DNA of 63,727 nt, counting the filler, from Octopus bimaculoides (lineage: Eukaryota): NCBI RefSeq assembly GCF_001194135.2. It is 5 parts of 4 records of this genome, joined end to end, with 100 filler letters (N's around TTAATTAATTAA, not from the genome) between each part and the next. Parts side by side here need not be neighbours in the genome. Positions count along the whole stretch, not along the records: positions 1 to 16,549 come from NC_068989.1; 4 more parts are not named here. One strand, 5' to 3'. Position numbers and translations under genes: made by a program. Under the pieces are notes generated by a model. It worked only from the letters and a program-made list of their open reading frames with translations, searched no databases and was not told where the DNA came from. Position 1 is the stretch's first letter; each line of letters starts with the position of its first letter. Positions 1 to 12,869 of this stretch are shown one piece after another.

Positions 1-40
1 ATACATACATACATACATACATACATACATACATACATCT

Positions 41-392
41 TTTTACCTTTTACTATAGCCATGCACGGCGTTGAAGTATTTTTTAGTCGATGGTCTCGAT
101 CCCAGTACTATTTCCTTTTAAGCCTGGTTCTTATTCTATTGAAGTTTTTCTCGAACTGCTAAGTTACGGGGACGTAAACGCATCAACACTGGTTGTCAAG
201 CGGTGTTGGGGAACAAACACAGACACAAAGACACACACAGCCATATATGTGTGTATGTGCGCGCGCGATCGTGTGTGTGTGTGTGTGTGTGTACGATGGG
301 CTTTTTTCAGTTTCCGTATACCAAATCTACTCACAAGCTTCAGTCGGTCCATGGCTATAGTAGAAGACACTTGCCCAAGGTGTCACACAGGA
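41..392 (-). mobile_element. SINE family A copy (tRNA head, CORE-like block, internal microsatellite)
   Basis: AGTAGAAGACACTTGCCCAAGGTG block (reverse complement resembles the CORE/MIR CCTTGGGCAAGT motif), internal (TG)n and the family tail. The family recurs about 20 times in the window. Confidence 0.8.
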
Positions 393-745
393 GCATGCAA
401 ATACATACATGTGTATAAAAACATACATACATGCATAAAAACCCAGAAATATTATGTTTTGCGAAGAAACTGACACACATTCTCCAACTCGAATCTATTA
501 GCGGCACTATGAATAGCTGTAAGGCATTCCAAAGAATTTCCATCTGAAATTTTTCAGATGAATAGATGCCCACACTTGGATGTATGCACTAACAGTTCAA
601 CCAACACAACCAACTTAATCACATATTAACATACCCTGAAAGCTCTCTTACCTCAAAAAATCTTGTTGCTTTGTTGGCGGCCGGCTTGAAGTTTCTAAGA
701 ACTTAAATAAAACTCAAAGAAAAAAAACATATATCCATACATACA

Positions 746-3000
746 TACTCTCGGGTCCCAAATAATAGGCGGGGCTGGAATAAGCATGTGGGTTGGATAT
801 TTGCTCAAATTCGTACAAGCGGATGGTTTGAAATAAATGGGGTGATGCTGGAAAATTGGTAATAGTATAAGTGGTAATTGTATAAAACTTTAAAATTTTC
901 TAGGTTGTCTCCCTTGATATATTTTAAACCCAGTTATTTACTCTCGGGTCCCAAATAATAGTGGTGGGGTGGTGAAATATGCGGGTGGGTTGGAATAAAC
1001 GCCGATGGGTGACTGTATATGGTATGTACGAAAATTAGGAAAAAAAACATCTTAAAGCACACATAACGACATAACGAGGCAAAAGAAATTAACAAGAGGC
1101 AAGTGAAATTAGCAGATACGCGTGCTTCAAAGGTTCGCTTTAGTTAAGATATACATCTGGATAATAAAAATAAGACATTTGCTAATTACGGTAATTATGG
1201 GATTTTTTTCAATGCTATGGACTAAACAGATATTGATACAAGCAACACGTCTTAAAAAGAAAGAAAAGTAAAATACAATGAAAAGAGTATAATTACCGTT
1301 TCGTGAACTTGCATCACTGTTGATTCCTACAAGAGAGATAGAGCTTCCGGTCTTCTTGTTTTGCCGACCGTGCTTTGGCTCCTGCGAAACCTCATTGGGG
1401 ATTTCTGCAGATGGGTCAGTCACCTCCAAAAGATTCCCAGATGGTTTGCTTTCATCTTCCGACTCACTTTCGGCAGCGTTTTCCTCAATGCCGTCCCATC
1501 TGAGCCATCAGTATTGTTAGCACGCTTGTCCTCTTTCGGTGGAATTAAGTTCTTAATGGTTCGCTGAATAGTATTTGGGCGGGGTTTTGACATCAGCTCT
1601 AGACGAAACTCTCACATCGACGGATTGACAAGGTGCATGATTCGGTCTGACACCTTATAATCTTCAGAACCATCGAAAGCTTTTGTGGCCCACGTCGACT
1701 TGAAAGCAGCTTGCAATCTGCATGTGCTTGATGTGACATCTGCATCATCTCGGATCGATTGGGCGTGGATATTTCATTCGGACTCTGAACTAACTTTTCT
1801 AGCACCTTTGCCTTCTCTGTTTCGCGATATTTTGCTTTCAGTTGTTTGTGCAAGTGCACGTTGTTAACTTGAACAAATCCGGTGGTACCACCACCGATGA
1901 TGACTAGAACATAACCCCTTTTCCAGAGGGCTTCTCACCTCCGGCATCAAATGCACCATGTAATCATCGAGCATATAAATGTCAAAGTTTGCATGTGAAA
2001 ACATATTGAATCGGTTTGGAAGGTTTTCAATAGTACAGAGCAGCTGTTCTAATCTATAAGAACCTTTGAGAGACCATTGGTATTTCATTATAGGTTGGGC
2101 ATTCAGTAGTGGTGGTTTTTTTCTAGTTCCTTTAGATACAAATTCTGGGATAAGATTGATTTTGGTGTCATTGCTAACCTGGGTGAACACTGTGATACGT
2201 TCCCTAGACAAATGGTGGTTTTGTTTGACGAATGCATCTTGGTTTCTGAATGATAAGGTAGCTTGTCCGCTGCTTTCATCCGGTGCAAGGGCATTTGATC
2301 TTCATTGATAATAGGAGAATCTACGCCAAATTTAACAAGGAAATAACGACGCACACTCGATATGTTCTTCAAATAATCCTGAATGCGCTCAACACCTTTG
2401 CTCTTTGGAGATTGAAATGCGTTTGTTTCGAAATTTCAGTGATACCCCCATACTCTTTTTTGCCAACCTTTCATTCAGCTTTTTGAAAATCAAAGTTTTT
2501 TTCTCAGTTGGTGTGCCTGGGTGTTGGCAAATCCATTCCTCATAAGATTTCTCAGCCTGTAATAGGAAAAGAGCTTGTGATAATCTCGCATGTAGCGATG
2601 TTCTAACCTACACAATCCATTCAAACAAGGCGTTTCTCACGTCTGGTGCTTTTGTTTTACAATCTCCTTCTGAAATGTTCCTTTGGGTTTTTTTCAGCGC
2701 TGTCAAGTTCGCCTTTCATAGCAGCGTTCGGCTACTTTAGCAGCAGAATCAAATAGTCGATCAGAGTTTTTGACACCGGCCAAATTCGAATAAAACAAAC
2801 GAACTGCTTTCGCGTGATCCCCCTGTTTCGGGGTGTCTGGGACATGGCGTTTCCGTTTAGCATCCCAATGAGCTTTCTCTTTCAGAATCATACTCCTCTT
2901 TGCATTTGTTCATCACCATAACAAGTACTTGCTTTTCTTCTACAGAATAATTTCCATACGTCGCACCACGAAAAACTCTTTTCTCTACCATGGTGTTATG
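746..3000 (-). mobile_element. Degenerate pogo-type (Tc1/mariner superfamily, CENP-B HTH + DDE_1) DNA transposon
   Basis: Minus-strand fragments: FSKSxMKGWQKEYG (CENP-B-type HTH), PIINEDQMPLH (first Asp), RERITVFTQVS, IYMLDDYMVHL (second Asp), and ..HLHKQLKAKYRE after a GGTTGFVQVND-like motif. Frameshifts and stops are present. A TA-preceded terminal motif CTCTCGGGTCCCAAATAATAG occurs at 748 and 941. No matching right TIR was seen. Confidence 0.75.
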
Positions 3001-6000
3001 AAAATAAGTTCAAAGAGAAATTATTTGAGTCTTGCTGATGTTATTAACTCCGCAAAAAGCTTGTCCTGTAAGGATAAACAAACAGTTCGTCATTGAAGTT
3101 CTTAGTTTGCGTGGAATTTGTGTTGGTGATTGGCAGAGAAATCGTAGAGAAATTGAAAATGAAAATTTGTTGACTACAGTGTGGAGTGGCAGTAAACTCA
3201 CGTGTATGTTACAGGCTGGAGCAGTTGTCCAGCCTCAAGTTTTTATAAACTCTGGCTGGTTGTAAAGCATATATTCTGACAGCAATTTCCTTGTTTTCTA
3301 TGTGTATGTTGTGTCTCGGAATGATTGGTCTTCTTATGGTTGAAGGTTATCAACACTCTAAAATGTTGAATGCTCACCCACATGAATATTGACTACATAT
3401 ACTATGGATAAGTATTTTCTTCCATACGTTCTAAAAACAAATAGAACACTCCAGGTTTTCTTCCCATTCTTCTCATCTGTTTTTTGTTTGTTTGTTTTTT
3501 TGTCATTCCGATTCACAATTTGTGTCAGTCAAAATAATAATGAATTCCAGAGTTTGTTCTTTTGTACTAGTAACGGGAGTCAGTTTAATCGACTTCCCCC
3601 TCCCCTTTAAATTTCTGGCCTTGTGCCTAAGCATCGGGCAACGTACCTTGCAGCATTGAGTTATGGCCCATTACGTTCTGAGTTCAATCCCGCTGAGGTT
3701 AGCTTTACCTTTCATCCTTACGGGATCGATAAAATAAAACACCAGTAATGTACTAGGCTGCTTTAATCCACTTGTCCCGTCCCACAAACTTTGGTCTTGT
3801 GCCTAATGAGAAATCATTATTTAAAATTTTCTAGGCTGTCGCCCTTGATTTTTTTAAAAACCAAAATTAGTTATTTAGTTTATATATCCTATTTATTTTA
3901 TAACATATTGTAATATTCTTTTTTGTCTTATATATACTGTTATTAACGTAAAAGAGAATTATTATTAGATTTNNNNNNNNNNNNNNNNNNNNNNNNNNNN
4001 NNNNNNNNNNNNNNNNNNNNNNNNNNNNNNNNNNNNNNNNNNNNNNNNNNNNNNNNNNNNNNNNNNNNNNNNNNNNNNNNNNNNNNNNNNNNNNNNNNNN
4101 NNNNNNNNNNNNNNNNNNNNNNNNNNNNNNNNNNNNNNNNNNNNNNNNNNNNNNNNNNNNNNNNNNNNNNNNNNNNNNNNNNNNNNNNNNNNNNNNNNNN
4201 NNNNNNNNNNNNNNNNNNNNNNNNNNNNNNNNNNNNNNNNNNNNNNNNNNNNNNNNNNNNNNNNNNNNNNNNNNNNNNNNNNNNNNNNNNNNNNNNNNNN
4301 NNNNNNNNNNNNNNNNNNNNNNNNNNNNNNNNNNNNNNNNNNNNNNNNNNNNNNNNNNNNNNNNNNNNNNNNNNNNNNNNNNNNNNNNNNNNNNNNNNNN
4401 NNNNNNNNNNNNNNNNNNNNNNNNNNNNNNNNNNNNNNNNNNNNNNNNNNNNNNNNNNNNNNNNNNNNNNNNNNNNNNNNNNNNNNNNNNNNNNNNNNNN
4501 NNNNNNNNNNNNNNNNNNNNNNNNNNNNNNNNNNNNNNNNNNNNNNNNNNNNNNNNNNNNNNNNNNNNNNNNNNNNNNNNNNNNNNNNNNNNNNNNNNNN
4601 NNNNNNNNNNNNNNNNNNNNNNNNNNNNNNNNNNNNNNNNNNNNNNNNNNNNNNNNNNNNNNNNNNNNNNNNNNNNNNNNNNNNNNNNNNNNNNNNNNNN
4701 NNNNNNNNNNNNNNNNNNNNNNNNNNNNNNNNNNNNNNNNNNNNNNNNNNNNNNNNNNNAAACACAGACACACAAACATATATACACACACATACATACA
4801 CACATATATACATATATACGACGGGCTTCTTTCAGTTTCCGTCTACCAAATCCACTCACAAGGCTTTGGTTGGCCCGAGGCTATAGTAGAAGACACTTGC
4901 CCAAAGTGCAAAGCAGTGGGACTGAATAACAAAAAAAAAATAAAAAATAAAAATACAGGAGACAACTTCGAACATATGCCTAATACATTAAGGCCTTACC
5001 AGAGTATCCTTTTTTCTTTTTTGGTACATACCGATGTGGTAACAGGTGAACGACTAAAGAAAAATAACTAAACTTGGATTATAATTTATTCTGAAGCCAT
5101 ANNNNNNNNNNNNNNNNNNNNNNNNNNNNNNNNNNNNNNNNNNNNNNNNNNNNNNNNNNNNNNNNNNNNNNNNNNNNNNNNNNNNNNNNNNNNNNNNNNN
5201 NNNNNNNNNNNNNNNNNNNNNNNNNNNNNNNNNNNNNNNNNNNNNNNNNNNNNNNNNNNNNNNNNNNNNNNNNNNNNNNNNNNNNNNNNNNNNNNNNNNN
5301 NNNNNNNNNNNNNNNNNNNNNNNNNNNNNNNNNNNNNNNNNNNNNNNNNNNNNNNNNNNNNNNNNNNNNNNNNNNNNNNNNNNNNNNNNNNNNNNNNNNN
5401 NNNNNNNNNNNNNNNNNNNNNNNNNNNNNNNNNNNNNNNNNNNNNNNNNNNNNNNNNNNNNNNNNNNNNNNNNNNNNNNNNNNNNNNNNNNNNNNNNNNN
5501 NNNNNNNNNNNNNNNNNNNNNNNNNNNNNNNNNNNNNNNNNNNNNNNNNNNNNNNNNNNNNNNNNNNNNNNNNNNNNNNNNNNNNNNNNNNNNNNNNNNN
5601 NNNNNNNNNNNNNNNNNNNNNNNNNNNNNNNNNNNNNNNNNNNNNNNNNNNNNNNNNNNNNNNNNNNNNNNNNNNNNNNNNNNNNNNNNNNNNNNNNNNN
5701 NNNNNNNNNNNNNNNNNNNNNNNNNNNNNNNNNNNNNNNNNNNNNNNNNNNNNNNNNNNNNNNNNNNNNNNNNNNNNNNNNNNNNNNNNNNNNNNNNNNN
5801 NNNNNNNNNNNNNNNNNNNNNNNNNNNNNNNNNNNNNNNNNNNNNNNNNNNNNNNNNNNNNAATTGCAGTTTTCGTATCCCCAGCGCCACATAAACTCGC
5901 AGAGAAACGAGTCTGCCATAGAACGGCAAGAGCGCGAGACAATCGACTAAATCAACTCAAGTTAACTATAGGTAGTTATTATCGACATATGAAGTGCGAA

Positions 6001-6349
6001 TTCGATTCCAGAACTATTTAAACTCAACTCGTAGCACAAGGAGTTTTTTTTTTCTCACCCGCTATACCATAATCATGATCAATGGATATAATAATGCTGG
6101 CTGCACGTTTGTCGAATCATAGAAATGACAGACAGATAAAATTATATACAATGTGTATTCCAGATGTTTTGAGACTTTTGGGGGAGAAGCAGTTACAAAT
6201 GTCCAAGATTACTGTGATTTTAGTAAACCATTACTAAACTGAACTGCCAACTTTTTAATTCCAGATTGAAGGAGAGGGTTATAACAGCATTTTGAACACA
6301 TCCTACTAAGTACTGCATGACACAGCTGACTAGTTTGCAGAATGCAGTT

Positions 6350-6585
6350 GGAACATGAAGAAGCTTGCTATGCAATAATGTTTTGTTAAACTGGGCAAAA
6401 ACGCTATAGAAACTTAAAAACTCCAGACTGCTTATGGATTAACTTGTATGAACTGAGCATCTGCTTTTCATTGGCACAAAAGCTTCAAGAACAGTAGCGG
6501 GGAGATGACAGACTATGAGAGGTGTAGGAGGGACAGAGTTGTACGAACATCAGAAAATAGGACCGCCGAGTGTCTATAACGACGA
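6350..6585 (+). mobile_element. Mariner transposase 5' remnant (N-terminal HTH)
   Basis: Stop/frameshift-interrupted ..VKLGKNAIET*KLQTAYGLTCMN*ASAFHWHKSFKN..DYERCRR..VRTSEN, matching the mariner N-terminus pattern (FCxKLGKxAxET..LQTAYG..SVFEWHKRFK..DDERxGR). Confidence 0.65.
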
Positions 6586-9484
6586 TAAACATACAGTTTG
6601 GAGTTGGTGTGGAAACTATATACAGAATTATTCTTGAAGATCTAAATATGCGCAACATTTTTACAAAGTTTATTCCCAGGGTGCTTAGTAATGAATAGTT
6701 GAGAACCACTGCTTTAAAGTAACTTGGGACTTATGAAAGGAAAAGTTTATATCACTAAAAATGTCTGAAACAAGGGCTAATTCAGTCTGAAAGCAAACAT
6801 TTAGAATAAACTTATGAGAATGCATTGGACAGACAAAGAGTTAAGTGAAATACTGAATGGTAAATTCGACAGGATTTTCACATTTTTTTAATGGTTTATC
6901 AGAGCAGGAATACCAGAGCTTATAACCCGTTTCAGGGCCTTCGAGATTGCTGGAAGTATTTCTCAGGGCGGAGGTCTGCCACGAAAGTTTGTAGTAGAGT
7001 GACCTCTCCTACAGACACCCAGACGACTTGCAAGTGGTTTTAGACCAGACGGAGATGGTTGAGCTCTTTACCTCCAGTCCAAGAGCACATGTTACATGGA
7101 AATCTGATTTGAGCAAGTGCTCAGATTTAGGGGATGGATATAATCGATTATATGGCTTTCATTTATTTTATAGATCCCGGAAAGGGAATCTCAGAACGTA
7201 AAGAATCTTAAAAGATGTGTTATCGAAATATGTCTATTTATTCCCACCACAGAAGGAATAAGATAAGTTGAAATATTTTAGTCTCACTGTAGGTTTAATA
7301 AGAATGTAAGCATATTCTTTCTACGGTATTGTTGTGCAGAGGAAAGATGGATGTAGTCTCCTCGCAGACCGCTTCACGATTTGTTGACAGCTCCTCAGCG
7401 AAGACATACCCAACTTCATTCCTCGACCAAGTGCATTGACCAGATGTTTATGGAACAGTCACAATGCCAAATATGAGTTTTGCTTACTAATGCTATTTTT
7501 TAGGACTGGGTATGACTCTATGAAGTTTATGATGCATATTTATATGCTAACTATTTATTTTTTTACCATATTCACAGCCAGGGGTGGAGCTGCTATGAAA
7601 CTAAAGAAGCTTGAGTATCAAGCTTTTGATTCCCTGAGAGACTCCAGAAGGAATTTTAGTCAACATTGTTTTAAAATTTTAAGTCTGCAGCATTAGAAGG
7701 GTCATTTTAAACAATAATAATATTAATAATCTGATGTAATCCAACACAATCCGAATTAAGTTATAAAAATATCATGTAAGTTAGCCGCATTCCAAAAACA
7801 TGCAAATTTAGAATGTTTCTTCCTCAGTATATTTAATACAAAATAACTATAAATAATATTAAACACTATAAATGCTTATGACAGAAATTAAAACTTTCAT
7901 TAAAATTAGTTGTCGTAGGGTAGCCGAAATAAAAAAAATAATAATAATAATAAAAGCATATTTTGTTGCTTGCATTGATTTAAAGAACATGTCGATAACT
8001 TTATTTACACAAATAAATGTTTAAAGCCTTAAAATATACTAAACATATATTGTAATCATTTTAGTTCTGAAAGATTAACACAGTAAAACCAAAAAGAAAA
8101 TACAAATTTCTAACTTTGATAGTTAAAAACAGTAGATGATGTACTGCTTTACATAAAGATGGGATTTCTGACAGAATGAATGTACAGAGAACTGTAGAAT
8201 CATGAAGATATCATTGAACATAAAGTATTATTCTGCGTTGGATAACAGGAAAGTTAATTTTTTTTAAATGTCTTGGATTGGTAATTTGAAGAACAGATGA
8301 AAAAAACCTTACAATACTATTATGAAATAGCAAAAACGGTATAACTCATTCTCTGGAAATGGTTGATTAACATGAATCAAACATTTATATAGAAGAGAAA
8401 ACATATTTACGTATTATTTGAGGTAAATTAGTTTTTCTAGGTAGTAACTTAACACAGAACAAAGTTACCAAAATAAGAGAGAAGTCATATCACTGAAATC
8501 TGAGAAACATAAGAAAAATGTTTTTACTATCCGATAATGATTATTTTTAAGACGTATTTGGAGATTACTGAAATAATAGAGCGGAGGTATGTAGATGTGT
8601 GATATGTGCAAGAGGAAAAATGGAAGGGAGCTTCGGTTAGATTCTTCATGAGAAAGGAACGAATGTATAAATACTTCTGGGCTGACCAAAGCCTTCTAAG
8701 ATTTTGTAGAGGGAACTGAAAAAATCCCCCCTCTTTTTCTCTCTTTCTCCCCTCTCTCTCACTCTCTCTTCATCACACACACGTATGCATGTGTGTGCAT
8801 CTCCATGTCTAGTCATTGAGTGATAGTTGTATAAACGAACTTCACCATCATACAAGCGATATATCTCGTTTCCAACTTACCACGAAAAACCGTCCGGCTA
8901 TGGGGAAACATTACCTTGCACGGAATTAGGCGAAGGCTAGCAATAGAAAAGGTCTCCAACTGTAGGAAATCTACCTCGACAATGTTTTTCTATTCCATGA
9001 ATGCAGCATAGTAGACGTAAATTAGCCAATTAGAAACGCACAAAGACCGGCGACTTCACTTAAACATTTATTCGTAACATGGCGTTAACATTCTTTCGTC
9101 GTGAGTTTACTAGCAAGTTTTACATGTCTTACTTTTGTTATGTAACAAAGGAGTATCGTATTCTGTATAAAAAAGTATCATTCAAATGCCTGTTCTTAGT
9201 AAGTGAAGCGAAAAGTATTTCTACAATATTGTAACAAGCTCGTTAACACATTCATGACAGTACTTATCTCATTTCGAACCCTAATTTCGAAACTTAAAAG
9301 AATATTCTGTTTCTGAGATGTGCCGTATGAATTGACTTGAGCTTTGAGGTTTAATAAGTGAGCTAGTATTTCGATCAATATACTATGCAATATTCTATAA
9401 GAGATCAAATATTGGAGTATTTTTGACAATACACAATGTGTCGATACAGAAAGTATGATTGTCATACCGCCATAGCTTTCCTTG

Positions 9485-10394
9485 CCTGGTGATATCAAAA
9501 AGTTCCCGGACTAGTTCTGTAGCGCACTAACAGGTGGTAGCACACGGTTGCTTGTGCGGTGAGAGCTAGAAATGACCTTCATGAGGCAGTATACCGAGTG
9601 ACATTGCTCTGTTTACTTTTTAAGTTGTACAAGTTGTGTTCTTGTGATTACGTGTATGTTGTAGTCCGTGATTTTTGTCATGGGCAGGAGGTACGAAGAG
9701 CTAACGTGAAATTTTGCATTAAACTTGGGAAGTCTGCTACAGAGATATTGAGCATGCTTCAACAAGCTTACGACGACGAGGCAATGGATCGTACGCAATG
9801 TTTCGAGTGGCACATGCGCTTCAAAAAGCATGGTAGAGCCTCAACTTAGTCAAGAGCATGTTCATCGTCTATTTCGATATCTGCGGTTTTGTGCAACGAA
9901 AATTCGATCCCCAGGACCAGACCCTCAATCAGGAGTTCTACTGCGACGTTTTGAAGCGTTTGAAGAAGGACATTCGGCGAAATCGACCAGATCTGTGGAG
10001 CGCGAAGAATTGGATTCTTCATGACGACAATGTACCCTGTCACCAAGCTCTCCTCACTCGTGCGCTTCTCGTCAAGAACAACATGGTGTCGCTTCCGCAC
10101 CCGTTCTATTCGCCAGATTTAGCACCTACGGTCTTTCATCTCTTCTCCAAGATGAAAATACAGCTCAATGGTCGCTGTTTTAACACCGTTGGCGAGACCC
10201 AGAGCGAATCGCAGAAGGTCCTTGGCTCGCTTACGGAAAACTCCTTCCAGGCCGGATTCCAAAAGTAGCAGGAATGCTGGGACCGGTGTATTGCTGTGCA
10301 AGGAGAATATTTCGAAGGAGATGATGATGTTAAAACTTAGTAAATATGTTATTTTTTATTAAACATAAATAGTCCTTTTTGAAACTATCTCGTA
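9485..10394 (+). mobile_element. Internally deleted mariner element
   Basis: N-terminal HTH RRANVKFCIKLGKSATEILSMLQQAYDDEAMDRTQCFEWHMRFK (9559-9849); C-terminal catalytic part WILHDDNVPCH..LPHPFYSPDLAP (9858-10268). Termini GGTGATATCAAAAAGTTCCCGGACT and degenerate AGTCCTTTTTGAAACTATCTCGTA. Confidence 0.9.
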
Positions 10395-12125
10395 CAACAT
10401 TGTTATTGAAGTAGAATAATTTTGGTCAAGTACTGTGTACACCGACTAACTGCCACAGGATACGTTGAATAAGCATATTTATTTAATAGATTTCAACTGA
10501 CAAATTTAGGTCAGCATCTTTTATAATTTTGACTACTTACAAGCGAACACAGACATTATTATTCACAATAATGTTTTATGGCTTCACTGCATGTACGAGA
10601 AATTTATGAAATCTTTTTTAATGGTGTAGCCCGAAAATTACAAAGGTACAGAAAGTGATTATGGTACTTTGAAAAGCCGCCATGACAAAAGAAAAGAAAT
10701 TATGTTCAGGGTGGAGACTTAACTCAAATGCTAATAGCGGAGCGGCCTCCGTTAAAGTTAGCCATGAGTCATGTGGTAGTGTTGATCAGGGTAACAGATT
10801 AAGTCTAGAAAATGATTGGGGACATATTGAGAGAAGTGTTTAAATACCATCAAATTTTAAGTAACTTATGCATTTAACCCATTACCTACCAGTGATCTCA
10901 TATGAGATCACTTAAAAATTACAAATTTCGTAATTATCTATCAATATTTACACATATCTAACCTTTTTGCTATATCTACTAGGTATATTTCTCTGATATT
11001 CAAATGAGGTTTGCTAATTTTTCACCCAATATCTCGCTTATTTCTATTTAAAATGTTATTTTGAAATGTTATTTTGATCGTTCCAGCGCGTTTCTTAGGC
11101 TGTTTTATGTTAGAAATCAAAGTTTCATTAAAAAAATTCCATTTAATAGAATTATGGGAGGTAATGGATTAATATTGACTTCTAAGCATTTGTTGAAATG
11201 AAAGACAATCGATTGTATAGACAGACAAACTATTGGAAGGCAGTTTATTACTGGTATGTATTTTGTCGACTTCGTTTAGATGATATGAAAAGAAAATTTT
11301 GGCTTGGATTTGGAACTGACACAAAATTAAATGATCTTGTATTTTACTGTATCGGCACTAGTAATCAAAATTATATGTGGCTATATGAGGTGACAAAAAC
11401 AACATGGCCTACTCCTTGGAAATTTAATAGTTTTGTCCCAATAGTTAAAATCTTATAGGATCATAAATGCTTTCTGTCGATATAGAAACAACAATGAACC
11501 GATATCGACGCCTAAGCGCCCACTCCCCAAACAAAATCTAAGTGTTTAGTAAAAATAAATTTACAAAAATTAACCAAAGTATATGAACAATATTACATTT
11601 CATTCTGCATGCTCTGTCATAGACCTATAAGGAATTTCATGAATTTAAATAATTTTGTCGAGAGGGAAAGAGGAATCTCACGTTTCGTGAGTGCACATTC
11701 ATCTGAGAGAAGAAAAAAAAACGTTTTAACTTTTTCCACGTATTATTATCATCATCACTATCACCCCCGCCACCACCACCATCATTATTATCATCATCAT
11801 CATTCTTTTAACGTACACTTTGTCATGCTTGCATGGGTCACACGGTATTTGTTGAATAGGTAGATTTTCGTTTTGACCATCGAAAGAAGGTAACGAGCCC
11901 TATCTACTGGGCCAATTTAATGGTAGATTGGTGTGGATCCTGGTGGATGAGCTTGTTCATTCGATACTCATTGAAATGAAAACTTCGACTGGAACGTAGA
12001 GACTCCTCGAAGTGTTAAAGCCTAAATGTCTCGAGCAGCTTTGACAATTTGGAATCTTGATTGGAAACGATGAGAAGAAGGTGTCGATAATTTTTATACC
12101 TTTCTACTTGCCATTCCATCGTCAA

Positions 12126-12139
12126 ATGTTTGAAAAGAG
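12126..12139 (+). CDS. GCNT1-like: Probable start-codon exon (MFEK-R) of the GCNT-family gene
   Basis: ATG TTT GAA AAG AG|GTAAAA gives the phase-2 end the next exon needs (AG+A = Arg), yielding MFEKRLRKWC... Inferred from phase compatibility and a plausible donor only. Confidence 0.45.
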
Positions 12140-12676
12140 GTAAAATTTATTCAAGTTTCAAAAACGATAAACTTAAGTTATGGAGGGAGAATACAGCTAC
12201 AAATAAAATATAAAACACTACGATAAAAATATTTTCCGTATTAATTCAAGCAACAGTAAAAAGGAACGAATGAATTTGTTTGACACTCCAATGCATAACG
12301 TCATCTCTCTGTCTTCATCCACTGAATCTACTCACAAGGCTTTGGTCAGCCCGGAGCTGTAGTAGAAGACTGGACCCAAAATGTAGTTGCTGGGAAACGA
12401 AATTTTTAACAACACATCCAAGCCTTTGAATTTTGTTATTCGCAACGTTATACCATCGAACATTATTGTGGTGTCGCTTGTTCCACATAACAAACCGTAA
12501 TTTTGACCTTCTTATCCTTCAGACATGCTTCTAACTTCTGTTAGGCTTCAAAAGATAAAACAGAATATGAAGAAATATATGTCTCACGAGTTTTATTTTT
12601 CGAGTTGATTGATAAATAATTAATTTCCCAATTAATTAAATGACACTATTATTTTATGTTTTTATTTTTTATTCAG

Positions 12677-12869
12677 ATTAAGGAAATGGTGTGCCTTTCA
12701 TCACATACTTTATCGTCAGAAAACAAGATATATCTCACTCATATTATTCATTTGTTTAATGTGTTTATATTTCCTAAATATTAAACCTTCACCTCCAGAA
12801 AACGAAAATATCCTCACATATGATGATACCCCCATGGATCCGTTTGACTGTGCAGCGCTTATAAGACAG
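12677..12869 (+). CDS. GCNT1-like: Upstream coding exon of the GCNT-family gene: cytoplasmic tail, type II transmembrane anchor and stem
   Basis: Acceptor tttattttttattcag|, donor CAG|GTAAAT. Open frame LRKWCAFHHILYRQKTRY-ISLILFICLMCLYFL-NIKPSPPENENILTYDDTPMDPFDCAALIRQ: basic residues, hydrophobic helix, stem. It ends in phase 0 and joins DEFA.. to give DCAALIRQD, resembling the C..(I/L)..GD stem motif of GCNTs. Not in the ORF track because the frame has no early ATG. Confidence 0.85.

Noticed and set aside
11198-11260. Alternative GCNT first exon (MKDNRLY..YY-TG|GTATGT)
   Set aside because: Splicing to 12677 creates TG+A = TGA, a stop. At most it is a uORF-bearing UTR exon.
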